Shown here piece after piece: positions 53,780 through 62,662 of a DNA stretch of 64,000 bases. Within the stretch, counting starts at the first letter, position 1. Every line of letters begins with the position of its first letter. Under the pieces are notes generated by a model. That model was not told the origin of the DNA. It was given only the letters and a program-made list of their open reading frames with translations, and made no database searches. Position numbers and translations under genes: made by a program. Source of the DNA: Christensenellaceae bacterium. GTDB lineage: Bacteria > Bacillota > Clostridia > Christensenellales > CAG-138. The stretch is taken from contig OY771363.1 of assembly GCA_963674535.1 (NCBI GenBank), positions 348,719 through 412,718 on the forward strand, written 5' to 3'.

Positions 53780-53808
53780 AGTATACTGGCACTGGAGTGG
53801 CTTGTCAA
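53780..53808 (-). promoter_or_regulatory. Sigma-70-like promoter of the T-box/lyase transcript
   Basis: Minus strand: TTGACA, 17 nt, TATACT. Confidence 0.6.
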
Positions 53809-53896
53809 GCGGAAATTATATATTTTATGGCTTGAAAACGGCGGATTTGGAACGTGTTTTTGTAAGGAATATGGCGAAAAGTTCACGAAATGTTCT

Positions 53897-53925
53897 TTGC
53901 ACTCGCAAAGCGCGGGTTGTATAAT
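53897..53925 (+). promoter_or_regulatory. Sigma-70-like promoter of the zinc-ribbon protein gene
   Basis: TTGCAC, 17 nt, TATAAT. Confidence 0.55.
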
Positions 53926-54015
53926 GATTTACGTTACATTGGGTGGCATTCCCATTCTTATATGGTGTGCCCGGAATTCAGTCAATCGTTGCTTCAGAAT
54001 GGAGGAAGTCGATAG

Positions 54016-56178
54016 ATGGTATGCAAGGAATGCGGCACGTTTAACGCCGAGAACCAGACGCTTTGCAAGTTTTGCGGTGCAAAGCTGAGGGATGACGACG
54101 TGGGCGCCGCAACGGAAGAAACAGGTGCTCCCAGAGATGAGAGCAAACCCGCGCGCGATTTTGTAAAGGCGCCCAGCTGGCCGACGCGCGCTTATTCCGG
54201 TGCGCCCGATCAGAAGAGCGCAGGCACTTCGCCCACACCCGCGGCTTCCGCGCCTTCGGGTTCGTTTCGGCCTTCAATTCCGCCGCGCGCGGCCGCTCCG
54301 GCGGCAGCCGCAGCGTCTTTCTGCCCCTATTGCGGCAAGCCGACCCTGCCGGACGCGCCGTTTTGCCCGTACTGCGGCAAATCGACCGTTGTAGAAGCGG
54401 CTCCCGCTTCCGCTCCCGCGCGCATGAGTGCAAAACCCGCCGCCGCGGCGCCGGTTCGTCAGCCTGCCAAACAGGATGATTTTGACGACGGCGATTTCGA
54501 CGACGAGGAAGAGGAAGACTACGCCCCGAAGAAGCCCGCCAAGCGTGGTTCGAATAAAGTTGCCCGCAAGGACGACTTTGACGACGAAGAAGAGTACGAC
54601 GAATACGACGAAGAGTACGACGAGGACGACGAGGAGTACGACGCGCTGCCGAAGAAACGCGGCAAGGGCACGACGATTCTTTTCTGGAGCCTGATCGTTC
54701 TGCTGCTGGCGTTGATTGCGGTATTCGGATTGTATATCGCCAAAAAGAACTTCGACGGCGATATCGGCAAGATGTTCGCCTCCATCGGCAGCGTGTTCAA
54801 CAAGAACGGCAGCACCGACGTGGACGCGACGGGTACGGACACGACCGACCCCACCGCGAGCGATATGTATACCGCCTCGATCAGCGAGAATACCGACCCC
54901 ACCACGAACGAGCTGTACTTCAACATCGATATCATTGCGCCCACGGGCAGCACGATCCGCATTATTACGGATGCAACTCTCGATAACAACACCGCGACGG
55001 TGCCGAGCAATGATCGTGTCATTCTGCATGTATCGCGGGACGTGTTCATGCCGAATACCCCTGTGGAGTCCGAAGTGCTCACCATCACGCCGAACATCCA
55101 GGTGATTTCGCCGGACGGCCAGACTACGCAGCTTACCGTGCCGGATATCACCGTTACGGTGCCGGTGCTGAGCATGACCGTTTCCGAACCCGCGACGGAC
55201 ACCGTGAACGCCACGTTTGACAACAGCCCGATTCCGATTATCGGCCAGGTTAACAACTACGATGGCGAGACCGCCGTGTTCGTCAACGACCAGCAGGTCT
55301 ACGTGGACAGCACGGGCATGTTCACTTCGAGCTATACGCCGGTTTCCGCGGCAACTGTCGCGCAGCCGACGACCGCGCCCGAAACGGCTACCACGACGCC
55401 GGATCCTTCGACTTCTCCGGATACGGCCGACGAAGCGACTCCGGATCCCGAAGCGACCGAAGCCGTACCGACGGACGATGCTGCCGTGCCCGCGATAACT
55501 GGCAGCAGTGAAACCATCACCATTGAAGCGCGCAAGAACAACTGCGTGACCGCCCGCAAGGTGATCACCGTTGAACCGTATGTGGTGCAGAACCTCTCGT
55601 TCATGGTCACAAACGAGCTCGCGACGCTTTCTTCCGACACCGGCAGCGTAACCGTTACCGGCACGGCGACTCCCGGCACGCAGATTACGGCCACCTGCCC
55701 CTCGACGGATGTTTCGTTCGGCACGGCGACGGTCAGTGAAACCGGCTCGTTCTCGCTGGCGGTTTCCATTGCCAAGGTCGGCGCGTTCGATATTACACTC
55801 ACCGGTAAGCTGTTGGGCTATAATGACGGCACCGCGATTGCAACGGTGGAGCGTCCGCCGTCGGTCTCCTCTTCCGCCTTCAAAAAAGCGGCGGGCGACC
55901 TCGGCAAGAGCTATGAGAAGATCGTTGCCGGAACCATCACCAGCGGCGACTTCGTCTGCACCGGCAAGGTCACTGAGATCATCGCTACCGAGCCTTACGC
56001 GATCTTCCGCGTCCAGCTCAGCGACGGAACAGAAATCGTCTGTGCCAACCGCAGTGCGAAGTCCACGATCAACTCGGCCGATCTCAAGGAGAAAAAGCAG
56101 GTCGCCGGTACGCTCAAGGGTCTTTATACCGATGGCAAGACGCCTTATCTCTGGACCTGGTTTATCTGGAATAAGTAA
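54016..56178 (+). CDS. Zinc-ribbon membrane protein with an acidic cytoplasmic region and a large extracytoplasmic domain
   Basis: CKECGTFN...CKFCG and CPYCGKP...CPYCGK ribbons. A D/E/Y-rich tract (DDEEEYDEYDEEYDEDDEEYD). One TM (ILFWSLIVLLLALIAVFGLYI). Then ~480 aa rich in T/V/S, beta-type. Confidence 0.75.
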   Translation: MVCKECGTFNAENQTLCKFCGAKLRDDDVGAATEETGAPRDESKPARDFVKAPSWPTRAYSGAPDQKSAGTSPTPAASAPSGSFRPSIPPRAAAPAAAAASFCPYCGKPTLPDAPFCPYCGKSTVVEAAPASAPARMSAKPAAAAPVRQPAKQDDFDDGDFDDEEEEDYAPKKPAKRGSNKVARKDDFDDEEEYDEYDEEYDEDDEEYDALPKKRGKGTTILFWSLIVLLLALIAVFGLYIAKKNFDGDIGKMFASIGSVFNKNGSTDVDATGTDTTDPTASDMYTASISENTDPTTNELYFNIDIIAPTGSTIRIITDATLDNNTATVPSNDRVILHVSRDVFMPNTPVESEVLTITPNIQVISPDGQTTQLTVPDITVTVPVLSMTVSEPATDTVNATFDNSPIPIIGQVNNYDGETAVFVNDQQVYVDSTGMFTSSYTPVSAATVAQPTTAPETATTTPDPSTSPDTADEATPDPEATEAVPTDDAAVPAITGSSETITIEARKNNCVTARKVITVEPYVVQNLSFMVTNELATLSSDTGSVTVTGTATPGTQITATCPSTDVSFGTATVSETGSFSLAVSIAKVGAFDITLTGKLLGYNDGTAIATVERPPSVSSSAFKKAAGDLGKSYEKIVAGTITSGDFVCTGKVTEIIATEPYAIFRVQLSDGTEIVCANRSAKSTINSADLKEKKQVAGTLKGLYTDGKTPYLWTWFIWNK

Positions 56179-56183
56179 CCGGC

Positions 56184-56489
56184 GTGAAGATTTGGGCGAA
56201 GATCATCAAGAACCATAAGATCATCAGCGAGGCCGTGCGGGAATTTGATTCCGCACGGCCTTCGGATGCAGAAGGCTGGCGTCCGGTCGTCATCGCGCTC
56301 TGCAAGCCGCTCGATTTGGAATGCCCGGTGATTCTGCAAAAGCACATCACCGAACTGCAGCGGTTTTCGCGGACGGTGTTTTCCCGCTCGGACTTTATCG
56401 ACAGCGTTTCGTTCGACCACTTTGAACTGGAGATCTTTCCGGAGAAAAAGAAGGAATCGCGCGTGGAATACATCTTTGGCGACGACTGA
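56184..56489 (+). CDS. Hypothetical protein (101 aa)
   Basis: GTG start 6 nt after the previous stop with no clear SD. The composition looks protein-like but no family is recognised. Confidence 0.5.
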   Translation: MKIWAKIIKNHKIISEAVREFDSARPSDAEGWRPVVIALCKPLDLECPVILQKHITELQRFSRTVFSRSDFIDSVSFDHFELEIFPEKKKESRVEYIFGDD

Positions 56490-56525
56490 CGCTGAATGCA
56501 CTATGACGGCTGAAAGGAAGTAGCT

Positions 56526-57044
56526 ATGGAGATCAGGGAAATATTCGAATTGGTGCCGCAGGCGGCGGAGCAGCTGCCGCGCGGCGCGTTTTTAACCGCG
56601 GGAGGTTCCTGCTGGAACCCCATGACTATCGGTTGGGCGCAGTTTGGCGTTATCTGGGGCAAGCCGATCGTAACCGTTCTGGTGCGAAAGAGCCGCCATA
56701 CCTTTGGCCTGATGGAGCAGACGGACGTCTTTACCGTCAGCGTGCCCAAGACGGGCGAACTGGCAAAGGCGCTCGCGTTCTGCGGCTCAAAGTCGGGTCG
56801 CAATGTGGATAAGGAGCGCGAGTCTGGGCTGACCCGCCTGCCTGCACGCGCGGGCGGCGCGGACGGCGTTGGGGAATGCGGGTCGTTTTTTGAATGCCGC
56901 ATCGTCAACAAACGCATGCTTGATTTAGACGAACTCGACCCGGAACTGCGAAGCCGGTACTATGGCACCAATCAGGCGCTGCCGGACGGTGACCCGCACA
57001 TGCTCTACTTTGGGGAAGTGCTCGGGGCATACAAAAAGGCATAA
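56526..57044 (+). CDS. Flavin reductase-like (FMN-binding split-barrel) protein
   Basis: GAFLTAGG..WNPMTIGWAQFGVIWGKPIVTVLVRKSRHT..L......FTVSVP pattern. RBS GAAAGGAAG. Confidence 0.8.
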   Translation: MEIREIFELVPQAAEQLPRGAFLTAGGSCWNPMTIGWAQFGVIWGKPIVTVLVRKSRHTFGLMEQTDVFTVSVPKTGELAKALAFCGSKSGRNVDKERESGLTRLPARAGGADGVGECGSFFECRIVNKRMLDLDELDPELRSRYYGTNQALPDGDPHMLYFGEVLGAYKKA

Positions 57045-57059
57045 TAGAAAAGCATAACA

Positions 57060-57095
57060 AAAAGGCGTTCCGGGTTAAACCGGAGCGCCTGTTTT
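57060..57095. terminator. Bidirectional terminator
   Basis: AGGCGTTCCGG-gttaaa-CCGGAGCGCCT followed by GTTTT. An A-run lies on the other side. Confidence 0.75.
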
Positions 57096-57104
57096 ATTGC
57101 TTGC

Positions 57105-57773
57105 TTACTCTTTTTCGACCGAGAGCACGCCGTCGGTGAGGCGATAAACGCGGTCGGCGGAACCCGCTATGGCGAGATCGTGCGTGACAACGACCACGCA
57201 GTACCCTTCCTCGTGCGCGAGCCGGAGCAGTATTTCCATCACGCGTCCGCCGTTTTCGGTGTCGAGGTTGCCCGTTGGCTCGTCCGCTAACAGCACCTTT
57301 GCGCCGGTGGAAAGCGCCCGCGCGATGGCCACGCGCTGCTGTTCGCCGCCGGAAAGGTTGGCGGGAAAGCGCTTGTGCAGCCGCTTGCCAATGCCGACCG
57401 CGCTGAGCAGAGCTTCCGCGCGCTCCTTTGCCGCGGCTTTTGCAACCCCGTTCATTTCCATAGGGTAGCAGACGTTCTCGACGGCACTCAGCAAGGGAAA
57501 CAGCTGAAATGCCTGAAAGATCATGGAGACGCGCTCCCGGCGGTAAAGATCGAGATCCAGCTGCGCCAAATCCTCTCCGTCGATGGAGATTTTTCCCTGC
57601 ATGGGGCGATCCAGCCCGGCCATGATCGAGAGCAGCGTGGTTTTTCCGCTGCCGGAAGGGCCGATCACCGCGCTGAGAAATCCGGCCGTAAAGGTGCAGG
57701 AAACCCCGCTCAGCACGTTCCGCTCGCCGTTTTTGTAACGATAATCGATGTTTTCCAGTTTCAGTTCCGGCAT
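57105..57773 (-). CDS. ABC transporter ATP-binding protein (MacB/LolD/FtsE-like)
   Basis: GPSGSGKTTLL, LSGGEQQRVAIARAL, LLADEPTGNLD and VVVTHD. Confidence 0.95.
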   Translation of the reverse strand: MPELKLENIDYRYKNGERNVLSGVSCTFTAGFLSAVIGPSGSGKTTLLSIMAGLDRPMQGKISIDGEDLAQLDLDLYRRERVSMIFQAFQLFPLLSAVENVCYPMEMNGVAKAAAKERAEALLSAVGIGKRLHKRFPANLSGGEQQRVAIARALSTGAKVLLADEPTGNLDTENGGRVMEILLRLAHEEGYCVVVVTHDLAIAGSADRVYRLTDGVLSVEKE

Positions 57774-57813
57774 AAAACTCTCCTTACCGCCGCCCGTTGA
57801 ACGTTTCGGGCGG

Positions 57814-60800
57814 TCATTCTTTTACTTGCAGCAGTTCCAGCGGCATCCGGTTGGAGACCATCACGGAAGCCAGGATGGAACCGATGAGTGAACCAACAAG
57901 GTACAGTCCCGTGCAGAGAAGCGGGGTTGCGCTGAACGCGGCGGAAAGGCTCTGCCGCAGAACGCCCAGCGCAAGCAACCCTACTATTGCGCCAATCAGG
58001 CTGATGAACAGCTGCTCCAGATTGAGCAGCGTGCGCACCTTGCGCTTTTTCATGCCGAGCACGCGCATCAGCGCCGCTTCCCGCGCGTTCTGCAGCAGCA
58101 GAAGCAGCGAAAGCCCGCCCGCGATCAAAGCCGAAAGGGCGATGGTAACGGGGAAGAGCACGCGCATGAGCTCGAGGTTCTTTTCGAGAGGCGCTATCGC
58201 CATGCGGAGTTCCTCGTCCCAGACGACGGCGTTGAGATCGAGAAGTCCCGCTCCCGGATGCTCGACAATCGCTTTGACCGTTTCGCGGAACGCCGGGAGT
58301 TCGCTGTTTTTCGCCGGGTCGATCACGAAATGCGCTTTGGTATAAAACGCATCCGCCTCCTGCGAGGTCGCCAGCGTTTTAAGAAGCGACAGCGGCAGTA
58401 AAACGGGATCGCCGCTATCCGACAAAAAGACGCCGCCGGAATAGGAACCCGCCACGACGGCTTTTGTAATAGTCGGCAGGTTGATCAGGTAAAGTTCCTC
58501 GCCGAGCTGAACCGACATCCGCGCCATCAAACGTTCCGGAAAAACGACGGGCGCCGTTTCCGCGTTCAGGCGTTCTTCCGTCCATTCTTCGGTAAACAGC
58601 GTTTCATCCCAGCCGTCGGCGTATGTGACCTGCGTCTGTACGCCGCTCCCGGCAAAGAAGGCTTCTGTATGGTCAAACGCGTACAGGGAGACGGCGATTT
58701 TCGCACGGTCTTTGTCATAGAGCCGTTTGACTTCCGTGGACGTATTTTTTGGTGCGACCACCGGCCAAACGGCAGTCTCCTCAAGTTCGAAGGACTGGAT
58801 GAACTCGCTTTGGAGAATTGCGTCGATGGTCTTTTGCGTGATAAAGCCGCCGCCATTTCCTTTGATAGAACCGGCGGAGCCGCCTTTCAGGACGTCCATT
58901 TCAACGACGGTTGTGCGGTACAACCGGTCGATTTCCGCCCGGTTTTGCAGGATCGCTCCGTCCATCCAACCCATCGCGAGCACGAACAGCAGCGCGGTGC
59001 CGAACGTCAGCAGCGATTTGAGCGGGGAACGGACGATATGGCGGAAGAGATAGCCGCCCGCCGCGCCCGCAGGGCTTCCGTCCTTTGGCAGGGGTGAAAA
59101 ATGAAGCGGCTTCTTTTTAAACGGTCTGCTTGGTTTTACTGTTGCGGCGGCTCCATCCGATCGAACCATCGCGGCGGAGGAGCGCTTTGCCTTTGCCGTC
59201 GTTCCGCCTGCGGATCGCTGCAGCAGTTCCAGCACGGGTTTTCGCACGGTCAGGCGTGTTCCCACCCATACGAACCCCAGAAGGAGAGCGAAAATACCCG
59301 CGCAAAGCCCGATCACCCACAAGGGGGAAAGGTTAGCCGCGGGCTCCGCACCCTCCGGCAACGGCACGTCTTTTAAGGACTCCATCGCCTGATCCAACGC
59401 ATAGCGCCAGGAGAGGCCGCCGCCGAGCGCAATGCCAGCCCCGCCAAGAAGCAGCATGGGAGCAAGCATCTGCCTTGCGGCGGAGGTGGACGGCGTGCCG
59501 AGCGCGCGGAGAATGGCGAACTCTCTTCTGCGCTGCCGGGAGTACAGAAACGCGGCGAGCGCAAGCGATAAAACGAGTACGCAGCCCCAAACCGCAACGC
59601 CGAACAGCGCGGTCTGCGCGAGCGAATCGACGGAAGCCCAGAAGTTTTCAACATTGCTGTCCACAAACGAAACCGTAACCCCGGCCTGTTCGAGCGGGTC
59701 ACGGGTTTCATCCAGGAACGCCGCCTGATCGCGGGAAGATTTCAGCACGAAGCTGTAGCTATTGTAATAAATCTCGTCGTTTAAGCCGAACCCTTCAGGC
59801 ATGCAGGAGTTCGGGATAAAGATTTGTTGAGATTCTAAAGTACCATCGTTGGAGTTCAAAGAAACCGCGTTGCAGATGCCAACGATTTCAAACTCCGTAT
59901 CAAACGTGGGCGCGTCGCGCCAGCCAACGGTGCTATCGGTGATATAGCCCAAAAAGGTCAGCGGAATATCCCGAAACGTCAGGCGGATGGTATCGCCTAC
60001 GGATAGCCCCCGAAAAGATGCAAACTGCTGCCGAACGACGCAGACATTCCGTTGTTCCAGATCGTCCTGCCGCGTCAGCCAGCGGCCATCGGTCAGGTAA
60101 TAATATCGGGATACCTCCTGCGTCAACGGCATTGCGCTCATATCCGCGGTGGCGATCACATAAATGGAATGTAGATTTTGCTCCAGAACATCGATGTTCT
60201 CTTTTACCTGTGCAACTGCCGCATCGTCGAAGTTTTCGCTTGTGCCGTGCGGCACAAGCAGGTACCAGAGATTCGCATCGTTAAGCGGCTTTAACTGCAG
60301 GAACTTCGAGGCTTTTGTCCAGTCGGAAGAAAAGTTTACAAAAGTGTTGTAATACGCGCGAATCAGATAGCGTCCACCCTGTTCCATTGCATCGAACGCT
60401 GCGGGGTCGACGTTGTATTGGGAGAGGGTCAGTGAAATCCTCACATCGTCCCCGGCTTTGACGTACTCTGGAAAACCGGCTTCGACCTGATCGATTAAAA
60501 ACTCGAAACGGTAAATACCTTCCATCTCGCTGTAGTTTCTGTACTGGAGTGTTCCGTAAAACCAGACGTCGCTCACGTGTACGCCGTAAAAGAATCCCAT
60601 GGCATCCGTCTCCGGTGTGTCGCTGGAATAACCGTCCAAGTCCGAGTTGTAAAGGCCTTTCAGCACGCCGGAACATAAGCGGCGGCTGTCTGTATATGCG
60701 ATGTAGGGATTGCCTTCCAGAATCGTCGCGCCTGCGGAGACGTCCGTCTGCGCTTTGTCGGTCGGCGTGAGCATACCGATCGAGCGGTAGTACGAGCCGA

Positions 60801-60942
60801 GACGCTCCGTTTCGCGCCGGACGACGACATACTCCACCGTGCGGGAAACGAACGAAAAGGAAATCAATCCTATTAGCAACAATAAAAGCAGCGTTCGCAC
60901 CGGCTGGCGAACGGCGGAAAGAAAAAAGATGTTTTTTCGCAT
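57814..60942 (-). CDS. Double-length FtsX/MacB-type ABC permease (two FtsX modules, each with a large extracytoplasmic domain)
   Basis: Start MRKNIFFLSAVRQPVRTLL after AAGGAGG. Two halves each begin with a basic-TM segment (RQPVRTLLLLLLIGLISF; RSPLKSLLTFGTALLFVL). Each half ends with an FtsX-type 3-TM bundle (REFAILRALG...; REAALMRVLGMKKRKV...). Confidence 0.9.
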   Translation of the reverse strand: MRKNIFFLSAVRQPVRTLLLLLLIGLISFSFVSRTVEYVVVRRETERLGSYYRSIGMLTPTDKAQTDVSAGATILEGNPYIAYTDSRRLCSGVLKGLYNSDLDGYSSDTPETDAMGFFYGVHVSDVWFYGTLQYRNYSEMEGIYRFEFLIDQVEAGFPEYVKAGDDVRISLTLSQYNVDPAAFDAMEQGGRYLIRAYYNTFVNFSSDWTKASKFLQLKPLNDANLWYLLVPHGTSENFDDAAVAQVKENIDVLEQNLHSIYVIATADMSAMPLTQEVSRYYYLTDGRWLTRQDDLEQRNVCVVRQQFASFRGLSVGDTIRLTFRDIPLTFLGYITDSTVGWRDAPTFDTEFEIVGICNAVSLNSNDGTLESQQIFIPNSCMPEGFGLNDEIYYNSYSFVLKSSRDQAAFLDETRDPLEQAGVTVSFVDSNVENFWASVDSLAQTALFGVAVWGCVLVLSLALAAFLYSRQRRREFAILRALGTPSTSAARQMLAPMLLLGGAGIALGGGLSWRYALDQAMESLKDVPLPEGAEPAANLSPLWVIGLCAGIFALLLGFVWVGTRLTVRKPVLELLQRSAGGTTAKAKRSSAAMVRSDGAAATVKPSRPFKKKPLHFSPLPKDGSPAGAAGGYLFRHIVRSPLKSLLTFGTALLFVLAMGWMDGAILQNRAEIDRLYRTTVVEMDVLKGGSAGSIKGNGGGFITQKTIDAILQSEFIQSFELEETAVWPVVAPKNTSTEVKRLYDKDRAKIAVSLYAFDHTEAFFAGSGVQTQVTYADGWDETLFTEEWTEERLNAETAPVVFPERLMARMSVQLGEELYLINLPTITKAVVAGSYSGGVFLSDSGDPVLLPLSLLKTLATSQEADAFYTKAHFVIDPAKNSELPAFRETVKAIVEHPGAGLLDLNAVVWDEELRMAIAPLEKNLELMRVLFPVTIALSALIAGGLSLLLLLQNAREAALMRVLGMKKRKVRTLLNLEQLFISLIGAIVGLLALGVLRQSLSAAFSATPLLCTGLYLVGSLIGSILASVMVSNRMPLELLQVKE

Positions 60943-61120
60943 AAGCCTCCTTGTCTGAAACGGGTTTGGTGACAAAGTGCAATCTGCGCACGCGTCTGAA
61001 GAAGTGTTGGATTGAAAGAGAAAGGATCCTTTTTTGAGATTATACAACCATTGAACGATAAATTTTCGTATTTCATCAGAATTTCACAATTGATTATTGT
61101 TTGATAGGGCGTTTTCGCCG

Positions 61121-61157
61121 TAAACGAAGAAAGAGGAACCGATTGGCGCGGTTCCTC
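61121..61157 (-). terminator. Terminator downstream of metY
   Basis: Minus strand: GAGGAACC-loop-GGTTCCTC followed by TTTCTTCGTTT. Confidence 0.6.
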
Positions 61158-61187
61158 AAATTGAGTTTTTGCTGGCTTTTTACTCGC

Positions 61188-62477
61188 TTACTTTTTCACC
61201 ACCCGGAACGCGTTTCCCAACGCTTCGATCAGGTCGTCCGCGTGCTCGGTGCCGATTGAAAGACGGATCGTGTTGGGCTTGATGCCCTGCTCCAGCAATT
61301 CGGCGGGGCTGAGCTGGGAGTGCGTCGTGGAGGCAGGGTGGATGACCAGCGACTTGACGTCCGCAACGTTAGCCAGCAGCGAAAAGATATCGAGATTGTC
61401 GATAAACGCCTTGGCGTCCTCTTCCGTTCCCTTGATTTCGAAGGTAAAGATGGAGCCGCCGCCGTTGGGGAAATACTTTTCGTAGAGCTTGTGGCTGGGT
61501 TCGCTCTTGAGCGAAGGATGGTGCACAGCTTCCACCTGCGGGTGTTTGTCCAAATATTTTACGATCTTCAGCGCGTTTTCCACATGCCGCTCCACGCGGA
61601 GGGAGAGCGTCTCAAGCCCCTGCAAAAAGAGGAACGAATGGAAGGGCGAAAGCGTCGCTCCCGTATCCCGCAGCACGATGGCGCGGAGGTAGGTGGCAAA
61701 CGCGGCGGGCGACGCGGCGTCCGCAAAGCTCAGCCCGTGATAGCTCGGGTTCGGTTCGGAAATCCAGGGGAACTTGCCGGAGGCTTTCCAGTCGAACTTG
61801 CCGCCCTCGACGATCACCCCGCCGATGGCCGTGCCGTGGCCGCCGATGAACTTTGTCGCGCTGTGAATGACGATATCCGCGCCGTATTCGAACGGGCGCA
61901 GCAGATAGGGTGTGGCGAACGTGGAATCGACCACGAGCGGAATGTGGTGCGCATGCGCGAGCTTTGCGAGTTCCTCAATGTCTATGACGTTCGAATGCGG
62001 GTTGCCGAGGGATTCGATAAAGAGAGCCTTGGTTTTTTCGGTAATCGCGGCGGCAAACGAACCCTTGACGTAGGGATCGACAAACGTCGTTGTGACGCCG
62101 TGCAGCGGGGCGGTATGCGCAAGGTAGTTATACGTGCCGCCGTAGATGGTTTTGGAAGCGACAATGTGCTCGCCCTGCGCCGCCAGCGCCTGAATGGTGT
62201 AGCTCAGCGCTGCCGCCCCGGAAGCCACGGCCAGTGCCGCGGAACCGCCTTCCAACGCCGCGATGCGCCGCTCAAACACGTCCTGCGTAGGGTTGGTCAG
62301 GCGGCTGTAGATGTTGCCCGGGTCGCGCAGGCCGAAACGATCCGCCGCATGCTGGGCGTTATGGAACACATACGAAGTGGAGGCGTAAATCGGCACCGCA
62401 CGCGCGTCGGTTGCGGGGTCGGCGGCCTCCTGGCCGACATGGAGCTGCAGGGTCTCAAAATGATAGTTTTTTGACAT
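61188..62477 (-). CDS. metY: O-acetylhomoserine aminocarboxypropyltransferase / sulfhydrylase (Cys/Met PLP family)
   Basis: FETLQLHVGQ...DARAVPIYASTSYVF, YSRLTNPT, SATKFIGGHGT (PLP-Lys) and ANVADVKSLVIHPASTTH. Confidence 0.9.
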   Translation of the reverse strand: MSKNYHFETLQLHVGQEAADPATDARAVPIYASTSYVFHNAQHAADRFGLRDPGNIYSRLTNPTQDVFERRIAALEGGSAALAVASGAAALSYTIQALAAQGEHIVASKTIYGGTYNYLAHTAPLHGVTTTFVDPYVKGSFAAAITEKTKALFIESLGNPHSNVIDIEELAKLAHAHHIPLVVDSTFATPYLLRPFEYGADIVIHSATKFIGGHGTAIGGVIVEGGKFDWKASGKFPWISEPNPSYHGLSFADAASPAAFATYLRAIVLRDTGATLSPFHSFLFLQGLETLSLRVERHVENALKIVKYLDKHPQVEAVHHPSLKSEPSHKLYEKYFPNGGGSIFTFEIKGTEEDAKAFIDNLDIFSLLANVADVKSLVIHPASTTHSQLSPAELLEQGIKPNTIRLSIGTEHADDLIEALGNAFRVVKK

Positions 62478-62630
62478 GACGGGATTCTCCTTTATATCGT
62501 TTATAATTTTATTAGTCGGGAGCAGGGTGCTTTGATTCGCCGCACATTCGAAACGGTGTATTTTTGCCGTTCCGTACGCGTATGGCCGAGTTTTCCTGTT
62601 GGAACATTGCGAACTCTCCTTTCTTTGCGT

Positions 62631-62662
62631 AAAAAAAGAGCAGGAAGCCTGTGGCCTCCTGC
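62631..62662 (-). terminator. Intrinsic terminator inside the metY leader (about 150 nt upstream of the start codon)
   Basis: Minus strand: GCAGGAGGCC-aca-GGCTTCCTGC, then TC and TTTTTTT. Confidence 0.75.
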
